From contig CAVVOB010000038.1 in the NCBI GenBank assembly GCA_963749655.1, positions 64,001-128,000 of the forward strand: a stretch of 64,000 nucleotides of DNA, in the 5' to 3' direction. Source of the DNA: Nitrospirota bacterium (GTDB taxonomy: Bacteria; Nitrospirota; UBA9217). A program made the position numbers and the translations under genes. Under the pieces are notes generated by a model, which was given only the letters and a program-made list of their open reading frames with translations, searched no databases and had not been told where the DNA came from. Shown piece after piece: positions 18,101 through 30,255 of the stretch (position 1 is its first letter; each line of letters starts with the position of its first letter).

Positions 18101-20471
18101 TCATTTGTCCTTGAAGTAATCGGGGTACATCTTCCGAGCGCAGTCCGCGCACAGGCCGTGGCTGAACTGGGCGTCCGTATGGTCGTGGATGTAGGTTTCC
18201 AGCTGGTGCCATGCGCCTTTATCGTCGCGGATCTTCTTGCAGCTCGAGCAGATCGGCAGGATGCCATGCAGGGTTTTGATCTCGGCGATTGCCTTCTGCA
18301 GTTCAGCGATCAGCCTTTCGCGTTCTTCTTCGGCGTGTTTGCGCTCGGTGACGTCATAGCCGACGACAGCCAACGCGACGACGCTCCCTCCCGTGTCGAA
18401 TACCGGATAGAGCGCATTATCGATTATCCTGCCCATTCTCTCATCCTCGAATCGCGCCGGTTTCCCTGTGGCGATCACCTCGGTGACATGCTGTCTTCGT
18501 CTCAATCCGACCGGAGGGGGAAGAAGTTCCTCCATGGTCGACCCGACAAGTAGCCGCGGCTTTTTCCCGAGCCGTTTCGCTACCGTCTCGTTTGCCGCGA
18601 GGATCACTCCGTTCCTGTCCATGAGGAAAGCCGATTCGTCGATGGCATTCATGAACGTGCGCAGGAGGCTTGACGTTTCGATGAGTTCCTGCTCCGCCCG
18701 TTTGCGTTCGGTAATGTCAGCATGCGTGCCGGCCATGCGCAGCGGTTTGCCGTCGGCGGTCCATTCAGCGACCCTGCCCCGGTCATGGACCCATACCCAG
18801 CTTCCGTTCTTGTGTTTCATGCGGCATTCGAAGTCGTAAAGCCCCGTCTCCCCGCGAAAATGCCGCTGCAGCAGCTCGTCCGACAGGCGCAGATCATCGG
18901 GATGGCACAGTGCGATCCAGGTCTTGATGCTTGTTGGCGCGAGCTCATCGAGCGTGTATCCGACGATCCCGGCCCAGCGGTCGTTGAACACGGTCTCACC
19001 GGTCTGAACGTTCCAGTCCCAGAGGCCGATGCCGGTGCCCTGAATGACCAGATTGAGCCGCTTCTCACTCTCGCGAAGCTTTTCCTCCATTCTCTTGCGT
19101 TCGGTAATATCGCGGGATATGCCGTTGACTGCTACGGGCTTGTTCTCATCGAAGATATAGGTGGTGGAAACCTCGGTCCAGACCGTTGTCCCGTCCTTCC
19201 TTGGCTGCTCGACGCGCTGCAGTTCCATTTTTTTGTTTGATTTTCCCTCGGTAAAGCCCGCCAGCGCATTGGCGATCCACTGTTCGACGTTTTGCCGGGA
19301 CTCCGGCGTCAGGCTCGCTGAGACCGGCTGGGCCATCACTTCCTCGGGGGTATAGCCGCGCAATTGATACACCGAGGGGCTTACGTAGGTGAACCGGTTC
19401 GTCCGAAGGTCCAGTTGCCAGAAAACGTCGGTTGTGTTCTCGGCAAGAAGGCGGTAGCGCTCTTCGCTCTCCCTCAGCGCCCGCTGCGACGCCGAGGTTT
19501 CTTCGTCGGCGCGACGGACGCGGGCCTGATGGTATCGAAGCGATATGATCGTGGCCAGGACGATGAGAATGTAGACGACGCCATGAGTCATGGCTTCGGT
19601 GCGCCATTCCGCAAAGACGGCGCGAAGATCGCGGCCTATGGCCACGACAAGGGGCTTGTCCATGCCCGCGCCGGCGGGCTGGATCGATCGAATCGCCATG
19701 AGACGTTCTTCGCCGGTGGCGTAAACCGTGCCGGACATGATGGTTTCATTTCTGCCGCTCTCCCGGTGGCGGCTGAAGAACGATCCGGGCTGGGCGAGGT
19801 TCTTGCCTGCCTGGCCTTCTCGGTCCGGAACCATGAGAAACTGGATCCCGTCGCCGTGTGCGACGGCGGCCCACATGTCCGGAGCGTACTGCACAGAGGC
19901 AAGCAGCGTCTTGAAATAGTCGCGGTCAAGCGTTGCGACGACGATGCCGTCGAACCCGTTGCCGGCGTCCGGGACCATGCAGGACAGGTTCATCGCATAG
20001 GAGTTCAGGACGGTCGTGTAGGGAGGAGAGAGGTAGAGCGTGGACTGGTCGGGATGATGGAGCGCGGTCTGGAAGTATTCGCGCTGGCTCAGATCCCGGC
20101 CGATCAGCTCCTCGCGGCTCGACGCCCGGGCGATGCCGCGGGAGTCGGTAATGAGCAGGGTACGCACCCCCGGCATGGCCGCCTCTATGGTCTTCAGCAT
20201 CGTGTTGGCCAGCGGGCCGGTAAGCGTTTCCGTGCCGCCACGAAGGAAGATCGATCAGGATCCGGTGCAGGGCCCGATGGGTGGCGAGCAGCTGGCGGTT
20301 CAGGTTCTCGTCGATCACCCGCGCCTGGACGAGCAGGCGGTCATATTCAACAGCCTCAGCCGTGCTCCTTTCCTGGTAGAGGTCGCGTGCGATCGCCGCG
20401 CCAAGGGCAAGGAGAATGCCGATTGTCGCGAGCCACTGTCTGAGAAATTTCCGGTCTGTTTGCACGCTCAT
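18101..20471 (-). CDS. dCache-PAS-PAS-PAS sensor with C-terminal Cys/His (Zn-binding-like) domain (frameshift at about 20.2 kb)
   Basis: TM-Cache-TM, three PAS/PAC domains, LPICSSCKKIRD...FSHGLCADC. Confidence 0.82.
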
Positions 20472-20593
20472 CGATCTACCGACGAATGTTCAACCTGTTT
20501 TGAGCACCCATCGCCCTGAAACCTGTCAAGCTTAAACAGAAGGCGGGATCGCCGACGGCGTGGCGGCTCGTTTCAGCCATCGCCCGCGGTACA

Positions 20594-21827
20594 TCACTTC
20601 GTCACCACCACGATCCCCGAATCGGTGACCGTGCAGCCGCGCATCCGGTCCTCCTCGGGTCGAAGCCGATCTCCATGCCTTCGGGGATATGGAGGTTCTC
20701 GTCGATGATGGCGTTCCTGATGCGCGCGCCGCGGCCGATCTGCACGTTCTCGAAGAGGATCGAGTCTTCGACCAGGGCGTAGCTGTGCACCTTGCACGAC
20801 GGTCCCAGGATCGAGTGCCGGACCGTGGCGCCGCTGGTGATGCATCCGCCGCAGACCATGGAGTCCAGGTTCTGGCCCCGCCGGCCCTCGTCGTCGAACA
20901 CGGTCTTGGCCGGCGGGAGGTTCCCCTGGTTCGTCAGGATGGGCCAGCTGTAGTTGTAGAGGTTCAGCTGGGGGCTGACGCTGATGAGGTCCATGTTCGC
21001 CTCGTAGTAGGAGTCGATGGTCCCCACGTCCTTCCAGTAGCCGCGCTCGTTCGGGGTCCATGCCGGGACATGTTGTTGTCGAAGAAGCTGTAGGCAAGAC
21101 CTTGTCCCCCTGTTCCAGCATCATGGGGATCACGTGCTTTCCGAAATCGAGGTCGTCGTATTTGCGCTTGCCCTTCCTCAGGACCTCGATCAGCTTTTTC
21201 GTGGAGAAGATATAGTTGCCCATGGACGCGAAGCAGGTCGTCCGGCCGGGCACGGGGAAGGGGTGCTTCGGCTTTTCCAGGAACGACGTGACCCGCAGGT
21301 CCTCGTCCACGCACAGGACGCCGAACCGCTCGGCCTCTTCGCAGGACACCTCGAGGGCGGCGATGGTGATGTCCGCCTTGTTCATGCGGTGGTAGTCCAT
21401 CATCTGGGAGATGTCCATCTTGTAGATGTGGTCCCCGCCGAAGATGACCACGTATTCGGCGCCCGACGACTCGATGAAGCGGAGGTTCTGATAGATCGCA
21501 TCGGCCGTGCCCGTGTACCACTGCTCGCCCATGTTGGTCGTTTCCGGGGAGATGGTGTCGTAGAATTCGCCGAGGCCCGATCCATTTGCCCCAGGATTCC
21601 TTGATGTGCTTGTTGAGCGAATAGGCCTGGTACTGGGTCAGGATGTAGGTCTTCCGGATGCCGGAGTTGAAGAGGTTGGAGAGGACGAAGTCGATGATCT
21701 TGTACTTGCCGCCGAAGGGGACCGCCGGCTTGGGCCTGCCGATGGTGATGGGGCTGAGCCGCTCGCCCTTGCCGCCGGCCAGCACCATGGCGATGGTGTT
21801 GCGGGTGATATTGCCGAGAACATGCAT
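20594..21827 (-). CDS. glgC: Glucose-1-phosphate adenylyltransferase (several frameshifts)
   Basis: [59 protein letters not shown]. Confidence 0.92.
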
Positions 21828-21972
21828 GATGAGAAAGGACCTCCTTGGATCGTGCGAAGGACGCAGGATGCGGACGGATCGGGAATGCGGGCGGAGCTCG
21901 TACTGTTTTATTGTAGCAGAAAAATGCGGCGGGCCGGGGTGAAAATTTGCATCCCCGGCCGGTAAAAAGGCG

Positions 21973-24900
21973 CTAAGCCCCTCTGTCCAGAACGTGCCGG
22001 ATCTTTTTCAGGAGGTCCGACGGGCCGACCGGTTTCGCGATGAACTCCGTCCCTGCCTCGAAAACCCCTTTCCGCCGGATCACATCCTGGGGATGTCCGC
22101 TGGTAAAGAGAACGGGTACGCCGGGCCTGATCGCGCGGGCCGCGCTGCAGACCTCCCGGCCGCTCTTCCGGGGCAGGATGACGTCCAGGATCATCAGGTC
22201 GACTGCCGCCGCATTTTCCGTGAAGCGGTCGATGGCATCCTGTCCGTCGGCTGCGTCGATGACGCGGTACCCATAATCCTGCAACACGGTCATCATCAGA
22301 TTCCGGACCTCCTTGTCGTCTTCCGCGAGGAGAAGGGTCTCTTTGCCGCCCTGAGGAGCCGCTTCCGGGGGCGACGGGTCTTTCCAAACAGGCAGGGCGA
22401 CAAGAGGCAGGTGGACCCTGAAGGTCGCTCCTTTTCCCGGTTCGCTGGAGACGGTGATGATGCCGTTATGCTGCCTGACAATCCCGTAGACAATGGCCAG
22501 GCCCAGTCCTGTGCCTTTGCCGGGTTCCTTGGTCGTAAAGAAAGGCTCGAATATCTTTTCCCGGGTCCTTTCGTCCATGCCCGATCCGGTATCCGATACG
22601 GAGAGCACGGCGAAACGGCCGGCCTCGCTGTTTCCGTGAAGACCCTTGAATTCCTCGTCGGGATCCGCGGCAGCGGTCGAGATCTTCAGCCTGCCGCCTT
22701 CGGGCATGGCGTCTCGCGCATTGGTTGCGAGGTTCAACAGGACCTGCTCCATCTGGCCCGTATCGGCCATGACGATCAGCGCTTCCTGCGACAGCCGGGA
22801 GGTTAGTTCGATGTCTTCGCCGATAAGCCGCGCGAGCAGTTTTTCCACATTCGCGACGATCGTGTTCAGGTCGATCGGCTTCGGGTTGATGACCTGGTTC
22901 CTGCTGAAGGTCAGCAGGCTTTGGGTCAGCCGGGCCGCCCGCTCCGATGATGTCAGGATGGGATCGACCTGTCTTCGCAAGGGGTCGTCCTGCTTAGTCC
23001 GCATCTTGAGGATGTTGGCATAGCCGATAATGGCCGTCAGGATATTGTTGAAGTCATGGGCGATCCCTCCGGCCAGGGCGCCGACAGCCTCCATTTTCTG
23101 TGCCTGACGCAGCTGTTCCTCCAGTTTTCTCTTTTCCGTTATATCGCTTATGGTTTCTATTGCCGAAACGACGCGCCCCGAAGCGTCAGTGACGGGGTAG
23201 GATTTGAGTTCAACGTACTGTTTTGCGCCGGAGGCTTCCAGGTGCGTATGGGTGGTGCTGTGCATCGTTCCGGTCTCGAAGGTCCGCTTGACGACGCATT
23301 CCTCGCCCGATTCGGAGCAGGGCTTCGCGATATGGTGTGAAACCTCATAGCAGAACCGGCCGACGGGATTTGCATCAGGTGACCTGACAAGACGGCCGAA
23401 TGCCCTGTTCGCCGACAGGATCCGGTACTCCCGGTCCACAACGATGAAGCCTTCGTCGACCGATTCGAGGATGTTCTTGATGAAGGCCTGGCTGCCTCTC
23501 AGGGCGTCTTCCGCCTCCTTGCGCTCGGTGATGTTCTGGGCCGTGCCGCGCAGGCCCCGGATCGCTCCGTTCGCGTCGCGCTTTGCCTCCCCCCGCGCGA
23601 CGATCCATCGGGTCGCTTCGGTCGGCTGAGCCAGCTCAAGGTCCAGTTCGTACGGTTCCCCGGTCGCCATGGTCCGTTTCACCGCATCGTCGAGCCGTGC
23701 CGCGCTTTCCGGCGCATAGGCCTTGAGATGTTCGGCGTAGTTGGGCGTCGGCTTCTCCGGATCGATGCCGTAGATGCAATAATACTCGTCAGACCACCAG
23801 ATCGTGTCGTTGATCGCGTCCCAGTCCCAGCTGCCGATATGAGCCAGCCGCTGGGATTCGTTCAGATCGGCCTCCCGTTTGCTCAGCAGGTCTTCGGCGC
23901 GCTTGCGTTCCGTAATATCGCGGCTGACGACGATGACCTTGTCCGCCCCGTAGACACCCATCTTTGCTTCATAAAACCGGATGTCCGGCGGCATGGGTAC
24001 GGAATACCGGAACGTGATCGATTGGCCGGCTGCCAGGACCTCGCTGATATGGCTTGTTATCTCCTCCGCCAGGGCAGGATCAAAAAAATCTCGAATGTTG
24101 CCCCCAATGATCTTTTCCGACGCTGCGGCCAGATCGGATGGCGATACGGCATGATAATCGCTGAAGGTGCCGTCCCGGGTCATCACGAAAAGAAGATCGG
24201 GAATGGTTTCAATAATCTGTTTGCGCCGGCTTTCGGCACGAACCTGTTCCGTCACATCCTCCACCGTGCAGATCATTCCATCATATCGCCCCTCGTGCGT
24301 CCGCGGGATCAGCCATCCGGACAGATAGCGCTCGATGCCGCCGGGCGTCATAACGCGGAGGCTGTCGTAGCGCACCGGCTGCATCGCCTCCTTTGCCCTG
24401 AGATAGACGGGGAGAAAGGCCTCGCGGGTCGGCTCCGGGCTGTTCCGGAGGACCGGTGCCCCGATGATCTGTCTCGGCTCCAGTCCGGCCATGGCGCCTG
24501 CGGCGCGGTTGGCGTAAAAAACGACGTCCTCCCGGTCCGCGACCCATACGCCGGTCACGATGCTTTCGGCGATGTTCTCGAAGAAATCGCGGAGCCGTCT
24601 GTTCTCCCCGTCGGTCCGCTTGCGCGCGGTAATGTCGTGACCCACGCCACGGTAGCCGCGCAGGTTCCCTTGGCTGTCGAAGAACGGCACACCGCTGCTT
24701 TCGAGCACGACCTCGCGCCCCTGCTTGTGGCGGTTTACGGTTTCAAGGAACGAGAAGGGCAGACGGGCTTCGAACGCCGCCTTCATCTCAGCCGTGTGCT
24801 CCCTGTCCCCGGGCACGATCAGATCGAAGAGGGGCTTTCCCGCAACGTCTTGAGGGTCGTAGCCCAGGACGTCCCTGATCTTCGGGCTCGCATAGGAGAA

Positions 24901-25797
24901 CACGCCGTTCACGTCCGTTTCCCAGACGAAATCGTTCGTCGTCTCGATCAGGTTGCTGAAGCGCTCCCTGCTTTCCCGCACCGCCTCTTCGGTCCGCGCG
25001 CGCTCGATGACGTTCCGTTTGCTCCGGGAATATACGAAGCCGATGCCGCCGATCCCCGACAGCCAGAGCACGGCGTGGGTGGCAAGCATGTCCCGCTCGG
25101 CTTTGCGCTGTTCAGCCAGAAGGGGATCAAGCGGGAGCGTGATCCCGACGCCGCCCCTGATGTCTCCTTCCCGGTATCCCTGATGAGCATGGCATTTCAG
25201 GCAGGCCTGCTTCGTTACCATGGGACGCATAAGCCGCAGCCGCGTGCCGCTGTTTTCGGCGACGACTTCGGTGATCTCGGTGCTTCCGGTTTCAAAGGCC
25301 CGCAGGGCCCTTTCTTCCCATGCATCGGGCCGGTTGCCGGGGTTGAGCGGCAGGAGACTCGTGATGCGGCCCTGGATGCCGTAGTCCTGCTCGAAATCGT
25401 GCATCAGCTGGCGCAGCGCATAGGCAGGGTTCATCAAGGTCAGTTTTTTGCCTGACGGAAGGGTGATATCGCGGCCGGGAACATGGGAGAGATAGGGATT
25501 CGGGGGCGTGTCGGTCGTAACGGGCACGTAGAGGCCGCCGTGTTTCGCCGCCCAGAAGCGGAAGGCCTGGTCCTTGTTGAAGGTCGCGAGCGCCTCCTGC
25601 CGCGCAAGGGCCAGGGTCTGGGTCCTCTCATCGTGGATGTTCCAGGCAAGGGACCCTCCGACCACCAGGGTCCAGAGCGCCATCATTGACAGCGTGAAGT
25701 GGTACATCGCCGTGAGCTTAACACCGGCCCGGGGAAGGCTCGTCATCGACCCTATGCTCCCTTTCGCGACGGGGCGCGGGTGCAGAAAGTTGTCCAC
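21973..25797 (-). CDS. Hybrid histidine kinase: heme-binding DUF3365-like sensor, five PAS domains, HisKA/HATPase, receiver
   Basis: NPAY...NRPDAWE...[33 protein letters not shown]-terminal REC; start uncertain. Confidence 0.92.
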   Translation of the reverse strand: MDNFLHPRPVAKGSIGSMTSLPRAGVKLTAMYHFTLSMMALWTLVVGGSLAWNIHDERTQTLALARQEALATFNKDQAFRFWAAKHGGLYVPVTTDTPPNPYLSHVPGRDITLPSGKKLTLMNPAYALRQLMHDFEQDYGIQGRITSLLPLNPGNRPDAWEERALRAFETGSTEITEVVAENSGTRLRLMRPMVTKQACLKCHAHQGYREGDIRGGVGITLPLDPLLAEQRKAERDMLATHAVLWLSGIGGIGFVYSRSKRNVIERARTEEAVRESRERFSNLIETTNDFVWETDVNGVFSYASPKIRDVLGYDPQDVAGKPLFDLIVPGDREHTAEMKAAFEARLPFSFLETVNRHKQGREVVLESSGVPFFDSQGNLRGYRGVGHDITARKRTDGENRRLRDFFENIAESIVTGVWVADREDVVFYANRAAGAMAGLEPRQIIGAPVLRNSPEPTREAFLPVYLRAKEAMQPVRYDSLRVMTPGGIERYLSGWLIPRTHEGRYDGMICTVEDVTEQVRAESRRKQIIETIPDLLFVMTRDGTFSDYHAVSPSDLAAASEKIIGGNIRDFFDPALAEEITSHISEVLAAGQSITFRYSVPMPPDIRFYEAKMGVYGADKVIVVSRDITERKRAEDLLSKREADLNESQRLAHIGSWDWDAINDTIWWSDEYYCIYGIDPEKPTPNYAEHLKAYAPESAARLDDAVKRTMATGEPYELDLELAQPTEATRWIVARGEAKRDANGAIRGLRGTAQNITERKEAEDALRGSQAFIKNILESVDEGFIVVDREYRILSANRAFGRLVRSPDANPVGRFCYEVSHHIAKPCSESGEECVVKRTFETGTMHSTTHTHLEASGAKQYVELKSYPVTDASGRVVSAIETISDITEKRKLEEQLRQAQKMEAVGALAGGIAHDFNNILTAIIGYANILKMRTKQDDPLRRQVDPILTSSERAARLTQSLLTFSRNQVINPKPIDLNTIVANVEKLLARLIGEDIELTSRLSQEALIVMADTGQMEQVLLNLATNARDAMPEGGRLKISTAAADPDEEFKGLHGNSEAGRFAVLSVSDTGSGMDERTREKIFEPFFTTKEPGKGTGLGLAIVYGIVRQHNGIITVSSEPGKGATFRVHLPLVALPVWKDPSPPEAAPQGGKETLLLAEDDKEVRNLMMTVLQDYGYRVIDAADGQDAIDRFTENAAAVDLMILDVILPRKSGREVCSAARAIRPGVPVLFTSGHPQDVIRRKGVFEAGTEFIAKPVGPSDLLKKIRHVLDRGA

Positions 25798-25943
25798 AAT
25801 CGCTCCGCGCCCCTATTATTCCATAAGCATAGCAGATTTACCTTCCCCGGACAGGAGGGGAAACTATCCCGCAGGGGGCTCCCCTTGACAGAGCTCTCCT
25901 TATTGTGTTATTCATATCACGCTTGCCCGCGACACGAGGATCA

Positions 25944-27416
25944 ATGGCCCCCCTCATCACAAAAAAACAGGTACTTTTGCCGCTCCCGTCGGACAACGAC
26001 CGCCGCGCTCACGATCAGCGGCTGCGGGACGCGCTCGGACTCGGGCCGATCGACATTCCGCTCGCCGTTCTCAAACGGCTTCCGGCGGCCGTCGGTGCAG
26101 GCACGCCCTTTTCCTGCATCATCGGAAGAACCGGCGACAGTCACAAGCTCATCGACCTAGGGCAGGAGCACTCCTTTTCCGTCGCCCTTGACCTCGGCAC
26201 GACCAATCTCGTCGCCCTGCTCTACGATAACATCGCCCAGCAGGCGGTTTTGACCAGGAGCCTCGAAAATCCGCAGATCATGTACGGAAGCGACATCATG
26301 ACGCGCATGCACCACACCATGGCGGGCAACGGCGAGGAGGTTTACCGCGTGCTCGTGAACGGGATCGACGATCTCATCACTGACCTTTGCCGGGAAGCGC
26401 GGATCAATACCCAGGAGATCCATGCCCTGTCCGTGGCAGGCAACACGGTCATGACCCATTATTTCCTGGGGCTCGACATCAGCACGATCCCGGTCGAGCC
26501 GTTCCTTCCCGTGGTCAGGGCGCCGGGATTCCTGACGGCAGCGGAGCTGTCGGTCCATATCTGTCCCGAGGCCGTCGTCTACGTGTTTCCGAACGCGGGC
26601 AGCTACGTGGGAGGCGATATCACCGCCGGCATCATGGCATCGGGCATGGCGCTGTCGGAACAGACCTCGATCCTGATCGATGTGGGCACGAACGCCGAGG
26701 TCGTGATCGGGAACCGGGACTGGCTGCTGGTGGGAGCGGGCGCTGCCGGACCGGCGCTCGAGGAGGGGATCACCCGGATCGGGAAGCGGGCGAAGAGGGG
26801 CGTTGTCTATGATGTCGTAATTCAGGACGGGAAGATATCGTGCAAGACCTTTGACGAGTGCAGGCCCGAAGGGATTTGCGGATCCGGCATGGTGAGCCTG
26901 CTCTATGAGCTGTACCGGGCGGGGATGATCGATAAAAGCGGTACGCTTCTTGACAATGAACACGTGACGTCGCTTGACGGGGAGAGGGCGTTCTCCATCG
27001 CCTGTGACTGCCACGAAGCCCTCTTGATCACCCAGAATGAGATCCAGAGCTTCATGAAATCAAAGGCAGCCATGTTCACGCTGCTGCTCACTCTCACGCG
27101 GTCCGTCGGCATCTCGTTCGGGGACATCAGGGCCGTTTACGTATCCGGCGCCCTCGGCACCGGCATCGACGCGAAGAAGGCGGTCGGTATCGGCATGCTG
27201 CCGGACTGGCCCCCGGAGATCGTAAAGCCCCTGGGCAACTCATCCCTTGAGGGCGCCCGCATGCTGCTTGCGGACGGCGGGCTTGCTGATGCGGTCAATG
27301 CCATTGCCGCGAAACTGACATATAAGCCCATGCAGGATGATCCCGAGTTCATGCAGGAATATCTCGGCGCGGTATTCATTCCTCACACCGATCCGGCGCT
27401 GCTCAAGGCGGATTAA
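25944..27416 (+). CDS. ASKHA-domain ATPase, RACo/DUF4445 family (corrinoid reductive activator-like)
   Basis: DLGTTN, NPQ..YGSDIMTR, AGNTVM, YVGGDI, IDVGTNAE, AAGPALE, GICGSG, LGNSSLEGA. Confidence 0.87.
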   Translation: MAPLITKKQVLLPLPSDNDRRAHDQRLRDALGLGPIDIPLAVLKRLPAAVGAGTPFSCIIGRTGDSHKLIDLGQEHSFSVALDLGTTNLVALLYDNIAQQAVLTRSLENPQIMYGSDIMTRMHHTMAGNGEEVYRVLVNGIDDLITDLCREARINTQEIHALSVAGNTVMTHYFLGLDISTIPVEPFLPVVRAPGFLTAAELSVHICPEAVVYVFPNAGSYVGGDITAGIMASGMALSEQTSILIDVGTNAEVVIGNRDWLLVGAGAAGPALEEGITRIGKRAKRGVVYDVVIQDGKISCKTFDECRPEGICGSGMVSLLYELYRAGMIDKSGTLLDNEHVTSLDGERAFSIACDCHEALLITQNEIQSFMKSKAAMFTLLLTLTRSVGISFGDIRAVYVSGALGTGIDAKKAVGIGMLPDWPPEIVKPLGNSSLEGARMLLADGGLADAVNAIAAKLTYKPMQDDPEFMQEYLGAVFIPHTDPALLKAD

Positions 27417-27437
27417 GATAAAAGTCGGAATGAGTAA

Positions 27438-27469
27438 AATGCGGAGTGCGGAATTCGGAATGCGGAATG
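27438..27469 (+). repeat. Heptamer tandem repeat (AATGCGG)n
   Basis: Degenerate array; related arrays at 35453, 37696 and 63560. Confidence 0.8.
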
Positions 27470-27611
27470 GGATAAGTCAAGGAGCGGCGGGCAGGGAAGA
27501 TGAACGTGCGGCTTCAGATGCCGACGGTGAGCGGTCGGGTGTGCAAAGAAGAAGCGCGCTTCCGATTGAGAAGCGCGCCCGCCTCGTAACTTCATTTTTT
27601 TCATACTGTTT

Positions 27612-27902
27612 TCACACTGCCTGACGATGTCTGTCCCGCTCCTGGATGTAGGCCATCTTGCCTGCATCAATAGCTCCTTTGATCGCCGAGGCACTGTCTT
27701 CATAGAGGGCCTTGCCCTTGTCAACGGTTTCGGCGACCGTATCGCGTGTCTTTGAAGCCGCGTCACTGATGTCCCGTCGCAGTTCCTTGCCCGACTTCGG
27801 CGCCAAGAGCAGCGCTATTCCCGCTCCTACGATCCCGCCCACGAGAAAGGGCACGAGAACGGAGCGTTCCCTGCTGATGTTTTTTTCAAGTTCCTCGTTC
27901 AT
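27612..27902 (-). CDS. YtxH domain protein
   Basis: FLVGGIVGAGIALLLAPKSGKELR. Confidence 0.9.
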   Translation of the reverse strand: MNEELEKNISRERSVLVPFLVGGIVGAGIALLLAPKSGKELRRDISDAASKTRDTVAETVDKGKALYEDSASAIKGAIDAGKMAYIQERDRHRQAV

Positions 27903-28296
27903 GATCCTCCCTCCTTCCTTGTTGAAAATTCGTCACGAGCGTTTCAATACCGGTCGTTATCCCCGCCTTTAATCCTGCCACGTTGGCCCCGGCCGTTGAT
28001 CCGATGCTCTCCTTCACCCGGCCGAGCAACTCCCCGATGGCTTTCTCCAGGCTTGCAACGGTATGGGAGATTTGTCGTACGTCCGTCGTTACATCTCTGA
28101 CATTGCCGCTGATCTTTCTCATGTTTTCAAGAGTGCCCCTCAGCTCGGACAAAGTCTCGTTCAGATTGCCCTCCATCTTCCCGAGGAACTCCCGCATGCT
28201 GTCGCTCGTCCGCTTCATGCTCATGATGTAGACAATATTGAAGGCCGCGTAGACAATGAAAACGACGAGCCCGATGCCCAGGATGATCTCAGTCAT
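27886..28296 (-). CDS. DUF948/YoxC-like membrane-anchored coiled-coil protein
   Basis: N-terminal TM plus coiled coil, adjacent to the YtxH gene. Confidence 0.7.
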   Translation of the reverse strand: MTEIILGIGLVVFIVYAAFNIVYIMSMKRTSDSMREFLGKMEGNLNETLSELRGTLENMRKISGNVRDVTTDVRQISHTVASLEKAIGELLGRVKESIGSTAGANVAGLKAGITTGIETLVTNFQQGRREDHERGT

Positions 28297-28516
28297 CGAA
28301 TCACGCTCCCTTTTCTTACGTTGATTAAAGTATATCACAGCACTACTGCGGGACGTTTTCCTTCAGTCGCCATGCAACCATAGTTGCAGCGGCAGGGTCT
28401 TCCCCTCACGCCGCGGCCCCGCCGCAGCGTGTTGAATTCCGGCAGCGGCTGTGGTATTGTGCGGGACGTTTTTTATATCAACAAAAGCCAATGCAGCGCG
28501 GTTGGAAAGGTCCGGC

Positions 28517-29164
28517 ATGAAAAAGGTACAGGCGAAGAAACCGTCCGCCCTGGCGCGGCGGGCGCATTTCCCGGAGGACGAAAAGCGGCTCCCCTGGCTG
28601 CCCCTTCTCCTTGACGCCTATGCCATCGCGGACACCGGCGTCGGAGTCGCGATCCGGGATGCCGAGAAGCGGCGGAAGGTGCGGCTGGCATGCGGGAAAG
28701 GATGCGGCAACTGCTGCGTGCACCAGCGGGACATTCCCCTTTACCCCCATGAGCTGGTCGGCATCTACTGGTACGCATCGGAAAAGCTGGCGCGCCCCGT
28801 GCAGGGCGAGGTGGCGGGCCGTCTTGCCTCCCATACGCCGGACGGACCCTGTCCGTTCCTTATTGAAGGCGCCTGCTCCATTCATCCCCTCAGGCCGCTG
28901 GGGTGCAGGCAGTTCAACGTTTTTTCCACGCCCTGTGCATCCGGTGAAGATCCCTACCATACCCGCAGAAACGATGTGCTCACGCCGATACCGGAGTACA
29001 CGGACCGGGTCTTTGCCGCAGTACTGCCTTTTTACAACCTGAAGCCCGGTGCGGACACGGCGGCGGCCGTCAGGCTCATCCGGTCGCAGATCATGAATCT
29101 GCAGACCTTCGACTGGGGAAAGCTCGTTGCCCTCATGGAGAAAACAGCATCGCCGGGCCCGTAA
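28517..29164 (+). CDS. YkgJ-family cysteine cluster protein
   Basis: CGKGCGNCC...CPFL...CSIHPLRPLGCR. Confidence 0.88.
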   Translation: MKKVQAKKPSALARRAHFPEDEKRLPWLPLLLDAYAIADTGVGVAIRDAEKRRKVRLACGKGCGNCCVHQRDIPLYPHELVGIYWYASEKLARPVQGEVAGRLASHTPDGPCPFLIEGACSIHPLRPLGCRQFNVFSTPCASGEDPYHTRRNDVLTPIPEYTDRVFAAVLPFYNLKPGADTAAAVRLIRSQIMNLQTFDWGKLVALMEKTASPGP

Positions 29165-29288
29165 AGGCAGGGAGGAATATCATGCTGAACAATTTTTTTT
29201 GTTCATTACCATAAAAGTCATTTGACTTTTTTTTATAGAAATGGTACACATAGAGCAGTTTTGTCGCTGCATTTTTAGGGGGGGACCT

Positions 29289-30191
29289 ATGAAACCGGCC
29301 GTGCGGATCATCCTCACGCTCATAACGCTGTCGCTCTGTTTTTCCCAGCCCGCATTCCCGCAATCCACGCAGCAGCAAAAGAAAATCCTCATCGGCATTC
29401 TTCCTGAGATGAACGTCTTCAAGCAGAAGCAGCGGTTCAGGCTTCTGGGCGAATATCTTTCCCGGAAAACAGGCACGGAAATAAACTTCACGATCCTGAG
29501 CAGATACGGCAACATCATCGACCGTTTTACCTCGGAAAAAATGGACGGCGCCTTTTTCGGCTCCTTTACCGGGGCGCTGGCCATCCAGAAACTGGGAGTG
29601 GTTCCCCTCGCCCGTCCGGTGAATCTCGACAACACCTCGACCTATCAGGGCTATATTTTCGTACGGAAGGACAGCGGGATCACGGGGGCCAAGGACAGAT
29701 GAAGGGCAAGAGAATGGCCTTCGTGGAAAAGGCAACGACCGCAGGGTACCTCTTCCCGTTGTGCCTATCTGCGGGAAAAGGGGATTTCGGATGTCGAAGG
29801 TTTCTTCAGCGAATCCTACTTCGCCGGCAGCCACGACGCGGCGATCAATGCGGTCCTGAACCGGAACGCCGAAGTCGGCGCGGCAAAGCACAGCATCTAC
29901 GATCGTGTGCGGAAGGAAGACCCCAGGATCGACCGGGAGCTGATGATCCTCGCCGAATCTCCCCGGGTGCCGTCGAACGGCCTGTGCGTGCGGAAAGACC
30001 TGGACCGGTCGCTCCAGCAGAAGCTCAGGAGCGCCCTTCTTGACCTGCATACGGACCAGGAGGGCGCGGAGCGTGCTGCGGGAGTTCGGCGCCCTGAAGT
30101 TCATCGAAACCTCGGTCCAGGACTACCAGCCGGTGTTCGAAATGGCGCGCAAGGCCGGCATCGACATCAAATCCTATGCTTACCGAAATAA
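29289..30191 (+). CDS. PhnD-like (phosphate/phosphonate) substrate-binding protein (multiple frameshifts)
   Basis: Signal peptide, YQGYIFVRKDSGI, MKGKRMAFV...TTAGYLFP, AGSHDAA, VPSN across frames. Confidence 0.78.
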
Positions 30192-30255
30192 ATAACCCTA
30201 TGAGGCCGGAGGCCGCCTGCCTGGCGCGGGCGCCGCACCGCAGGGGCGGTGACCT

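Noticed and set aside
23728-25455. Long antisense ORFs (this one, 9195-10394, 12246-13841, 44357-45595, 49367-50629 and others)
   Set aside because: These are shadow frames of GC-rich genes on the opposite strand, with no motifs or RBS.
29690-29705. TGA ending the first PhnD-like fragment as a Sec codon
   Set aside because: The protein continues in a different frame (MKGKRMAF), so this is an indel rather than read-through.
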